Assembly (NCBI GenBank): GCA_032718475.1
Contig: JAUCBJ010002644.1
Span: 1 to 38,801, forward strand
DNA from: Nemertoderma westbladi
Lineage: Eukaryota > Animalia > Xenacoelomorpha
Direction: 5' to 3'
Length of the DNA stretch: 38,801 nt
Shown: positions 35,613 to 38,801 of the stretch, one piece after another
How the letters are laid out: each line of letters begins with the position of its first letter
Numbering within the stretch: the stretch's first letter is position 1
Position numbers and translations under genes: made by a program
Notes under the pieces: model-generated
The model's input: the letters and a program-made list of their open reading frames with translations, nothing else
Told to the model about the DNA's origin: nothing
The model's database searches: none

Positions 35613-37574
35613 TGACCAAACAAATGACCTTCATAAGGCGCAGAAAGAGTCCCGACTCAAACAGACTACAGCGGCCAAGAATGCAGTTAAGGCTGCATCT
35701 AGGTCCCTGAACAGGCAGTACTCTGTTAATCTACAGGAGCTAATAAACCAACAGGTTGATGCCATCAATGATGCCGACGACAGCAGGCAATCATCCCAGG
35801 CATGGAAATCGATCAATTTGCTTACTCGGCGGAAAAGCCAACCAACCACCAAGGTTAAGGCTGAATCACCAGCCGATCGCCTCAATGGTTGGAAAGCCCA
35901 CTTTGAAAAGCTCCTCATTATTGACAGGGTATTGCCTGATAACTTTATAGAAGTAAAAGTGTCTGAGTCTGTACTCCCAGATATTCCCATTGGCGATATC
36001 TCCTTTGCAGAAGTGAAGGCTGCTGCAAAGAGCATTAAGACCAATCGTGCCAGTGGAGTAGATGGTGTTCCCCCTGAGGTCTTTAAAATACCTGAGTGTT
36101 TAAAGCTCCCCATCATAGTAGACATGTACAGAACAACAAGAGACCCACAAGAAATGAAAACAAATAAGTTGGTGCCAGTTCCCAAGAAGGGCAACCTAAC
36201 ACTCTATGGTTCTTTTCGGGGAATCTCATTGATCTCGATTGCTGCAAAGCTATACAATAGAATTATATTAAATCGCATCAGGGATCCCATTGAGAGACTG
36301 CACCGTGGAAATCAGAATGGGTTCCGTAAAAGTCGTGGGACCATGGAGCCCATTTTGGCACTTAGGATAATTGAAGAATTATCAAAAAAGAAACACAGGC
36401 ATCTGGCTGTTATCTTTGTTGACTTCTTCAAGGCCTTTGATTCAGTCTCCCGCTCACGTATGTTCAGCATACTTTCATTGTATGGGATTCCTGATGAAAT
36501 TATTGCAGCAATAAGATCAGTATACGATGGTTCGACAACATTTGTGTCTACTGTTGACGGTGACACAGAACCATTTGAAGTGTTATGGGGAGTCCTCCAG
36601 GGAGACACACTTGCACCATTCTTGTTCATAATTGTGGTTGACTATGTTCTACGCATGTCCTTAGATCATCATAATGATGATGGAAACTCCACCTACTGGC
36701 TCCAGAAGTCCCAGAAGTCTAGGAAATCCTGCCAAGTTCCTAACTGATCTAGACTTTGCTGATGACTTAGGAGTACTCTCAGAATCATTAGAGGGAGCCC
36801 AACGGCTCCTCAGCTCATTAGAACATGCTGCTTCTAGTGTTGGTCTTTTTATTAACTCCAGAAAGACCACAATTTTGACAGTTAACTTTGAAAGTCCTCA
36901 GCAAGTCTCTGATCGGATGAGCATAAGCTCAAAGGATGGTATGCTTGAGCATGTGGATGACTTCTGTTACCTGGGATCATGGATCCGGAAGTCAGGTGAG
37001 GACCTTCGAATACGTAAGGGAAAGGCATGGGCGCCTTGAATAGGCTTTCCATGATTTGGAAGTCACCGAGAATTAATCGGAAACTTAAGAGTCCGATTAT
37101 TTAGAGCAGCAGTAGTTCCAGTACTCCTCTATGGGAGTCCATCCTGGGCTCTAACTGCTGAGGACACCAAATCTCTGGATGGCACATTCACAAGAATGCT
37201 ACGCCGGGTTCATTGTGTCAAGTACAATGCACACATCTCCAACCAGACACTATATAACATTGGAGGTGTCTCATTGGTTCCCCCTAGCTTGACACTAGAA
37301 CAAAATCGCCTCCGCTTTGCAGGACATTGCTTTCGCCGTGCAGGACCAGCCAGTGCATAATCTTGTACTTTAGCAGCCTCATATGGAGTGAATAAGCATG
37401 GTGGACAGCCCATGACTTTCTTGAGACGCATCTTAAAGGACGCTGGCCTTGAAGATGCGGATGATCTAGCAAATGTCATGGGTGATAGGGAGTTGTGGCG
37501 GCGCCATTTTGTCGACAAGCCGGCACAGCATTCTTAAAAATGCACCTGCAATGCAGCATGCCGATCCTAGTAGT
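35613..37574 (+). mobile_element. 5'-truncated, inactivated RTE-like non-LTR retrotransposon (LINE)
   Basis: RT motifs are present, there is a (TAG)3 tail at 37568-37576, and an exact 38-bp direct repeat flanks it (35575-35612 and 37575-37612). Confidence 0.92.
35632..37520 (+). pseudogene. Reverse transcriptase ORF remnant of the LINE (no endonuclease domain; frameshifts and stops)
   Basis: PVPKKG, FRGISL, QNGFR, FVDFFKAFDSV and GVLQGDTLAPFLF lie in one frame. DLDFADD and FCYLGS follow a frameshift near 36690, and PVLLYG follows further shifts near 37030-37100. Confidence 0.92.
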
Positions 37575-37624
37575 AGGTTTCAGAGGAGTATTGGGGGAAC
37601 CAAAACAATAAACGTTATTGTTTT

Positions 37625-37709
37625 GCGGGCTAAGAATAAATACCCAAGGGCCAAGAATACTCGCGGGCTAAGAATACTCGTGGGCTAAGAATACTCGCGG
37701 GCTAAGAAT
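37625..37709. repeat. 17-bp tandem (GCGGGCTAAGAATACTC) x~4
   Basis: Tandem copies at 37647-37709 plus a partial copy at 37625. Confidence 0.85.
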
Positions 37710-38112
37710 TCCTGAGACCTTACTGTAGTTATTGAATGTACATCCCCAGCATGAGACAATATCTTAATGAGCTCGTTTTATTATACAGTAATAAGCAGTG
37801 GCTCCAGTAAAGGTAAACAAATTAAACATACTCTGTATAAAGTAGGTCATGTAAAAACAATCAAACACTGTCGCTTAAACCTCATTCCTTGGAGACATTG
37901 CTGCTTACAATTTATAGACATTATTGTTTATATGAAAACGGGAATACCGATTGATTACTTTCGTACACACCACTACATACCTCCTCCCTACTTCATGTAG
38001 AACCTTTCAGTAGTTACTCGTATATTTGTAGATAATAAAGTCTATGATAAAATATAATATAATAGTGTCTTGTGGTATTGTGTTTTGTGGTACTCTGGTA
38101 TTTCAGTATTTT

Positions 38113-38307
38113 CACCAGGTGTCTGCACCAGTGTCTGCACCAGTGTCTGCACCATTGTCTGCACCACTGTCTGCACCATGTCTGCACCAGTGTCTGCACC
38201 AGTGTCTGCACCATTGTCTGCACCACTGTCTGCATCACTGTCTGCACCACTGTCTGCACCACTGTCTGCACCAGTGTCTGCACCACTGTCTGCACCAGTG
38301 TCTGCTT
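38113..38307. repeat. 12-bp tandem (ACCACTGTCTGC)n, right arm of the foldback element
   Basis: About 16 copies; reverse complement of the 35284-35550 array. Confidence 0.95.
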
Positions 38308-38801
38308 AACGTTTACACCCATAAAATAACATGTATGCTCTGCTCATACAAAGCAATTGATATGAACCAGAATCTCTAATTTACCCCCAATGCCCTTGTA
38401 ACCTCTTGTGATACAAATAACAATCAGTTAGGTGCAATCGTTAATAATTCCGCGATTTCTCCATTTATCATAACAAAATATTTAAATAAGTTAATCGGCA
38501 ATTATTATATACAAATTATTGTTATATATATTATTTGTAATCAATCAATTCAGTCATTTGGTACATCCAAAGTCAGGCCAGTTAGTGTATTGTATACTAT
38601 ACAGCCATGTGTGAATCAGGTCAGATAACTAACTATGATTCTACACATGTCGGCCAGGATGTTACTTAGGTTAAAAGCGCCTTTCTGTGATCAGCAAAAA
38701 CAGAACAATGAGCTTACGTTAGAAATCATGACTTCATGGCGGATTGCTTACCAACTTCCAATAAAAAGCCACTGTGCGTCATTGTTTACGTTGTAACATA
38801 G

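Larger units (their letters stand above)
35271..38320. mobile_element. Foldback/Mutator-like non-autonomous DNA transposon with modular TIRs
   Basis: Perfect 30-bp terminal inverted repeat GGGTGTAAACGTTAAGCAGACACTGGTGCA (35271-35300 and 38291-38320), extended by inverted 12-mer arrays. The flanks ATAAAAAAAC (35261-35270) and ATAAAATAAC (38321-38330) form a 10-bp TSD with one mismatch. Confidence 0.8.

Noticed and set aside
34284-36870. Antisense and alternate-frame ORFs (34284-34703, 34466-34672, 35631-36194, 36312-36629, 36661-36870)
   Set aside because: They are shadows of the GH13 exon and the RT coding sequence.
35209-38379. His/Cys-rich, SAPL and VQTL repeat ORFs
   Set aside because: These are translations of the stop-free 12-bp arrays forming the foldback arms.

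Overview
This is an AT-rich eukaryotic window, most likely from an invertebrate animal, with spliceosomal GT-AG introns, tRNA-derived SINEs, MITEs and a dead LINE. About 65% of it (7682-33143) is one satellite of roughly 790 copies of a 31-32 bp unit. That unit is a tandem copy of a 3' splice junction: a pyrimidine tract, CAG, and the first ~18 nt of the exon that immediately follows the array. That exon (33144-33386) and two more (33721-33999, 34308-34719) splice in frame. They encode the middle and C-terminal part of a GH13 alpha-glucosidase/SLC3 heavy-chain-like protein whose catalytic motifs are degenerate. The satellite shows a monomer-to-dimer gradient, nested higher-order duplications (1970, 3058, 4460 and 7583 bp) and one 461-bp insertion with a 7-bp TSD. 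The left 7.7 kb holds two tRNA-SINEs, a PIF/Harbinger-like MITE, transposon-end fragments, three blocks of a 17-bp TGCTAAC-containing minisatellite and a duplicated candidate terminal exon. The right end holds a 3-kb foldback/Mutator-like element with a 10-bp TSD, into which a 5'-truncated RTE-like LINE inserted with a 38-bp TSD. No CRISPR, rRNA or intact tRNA gene is supported. Most short ORFs in the track are repeat artefacts.
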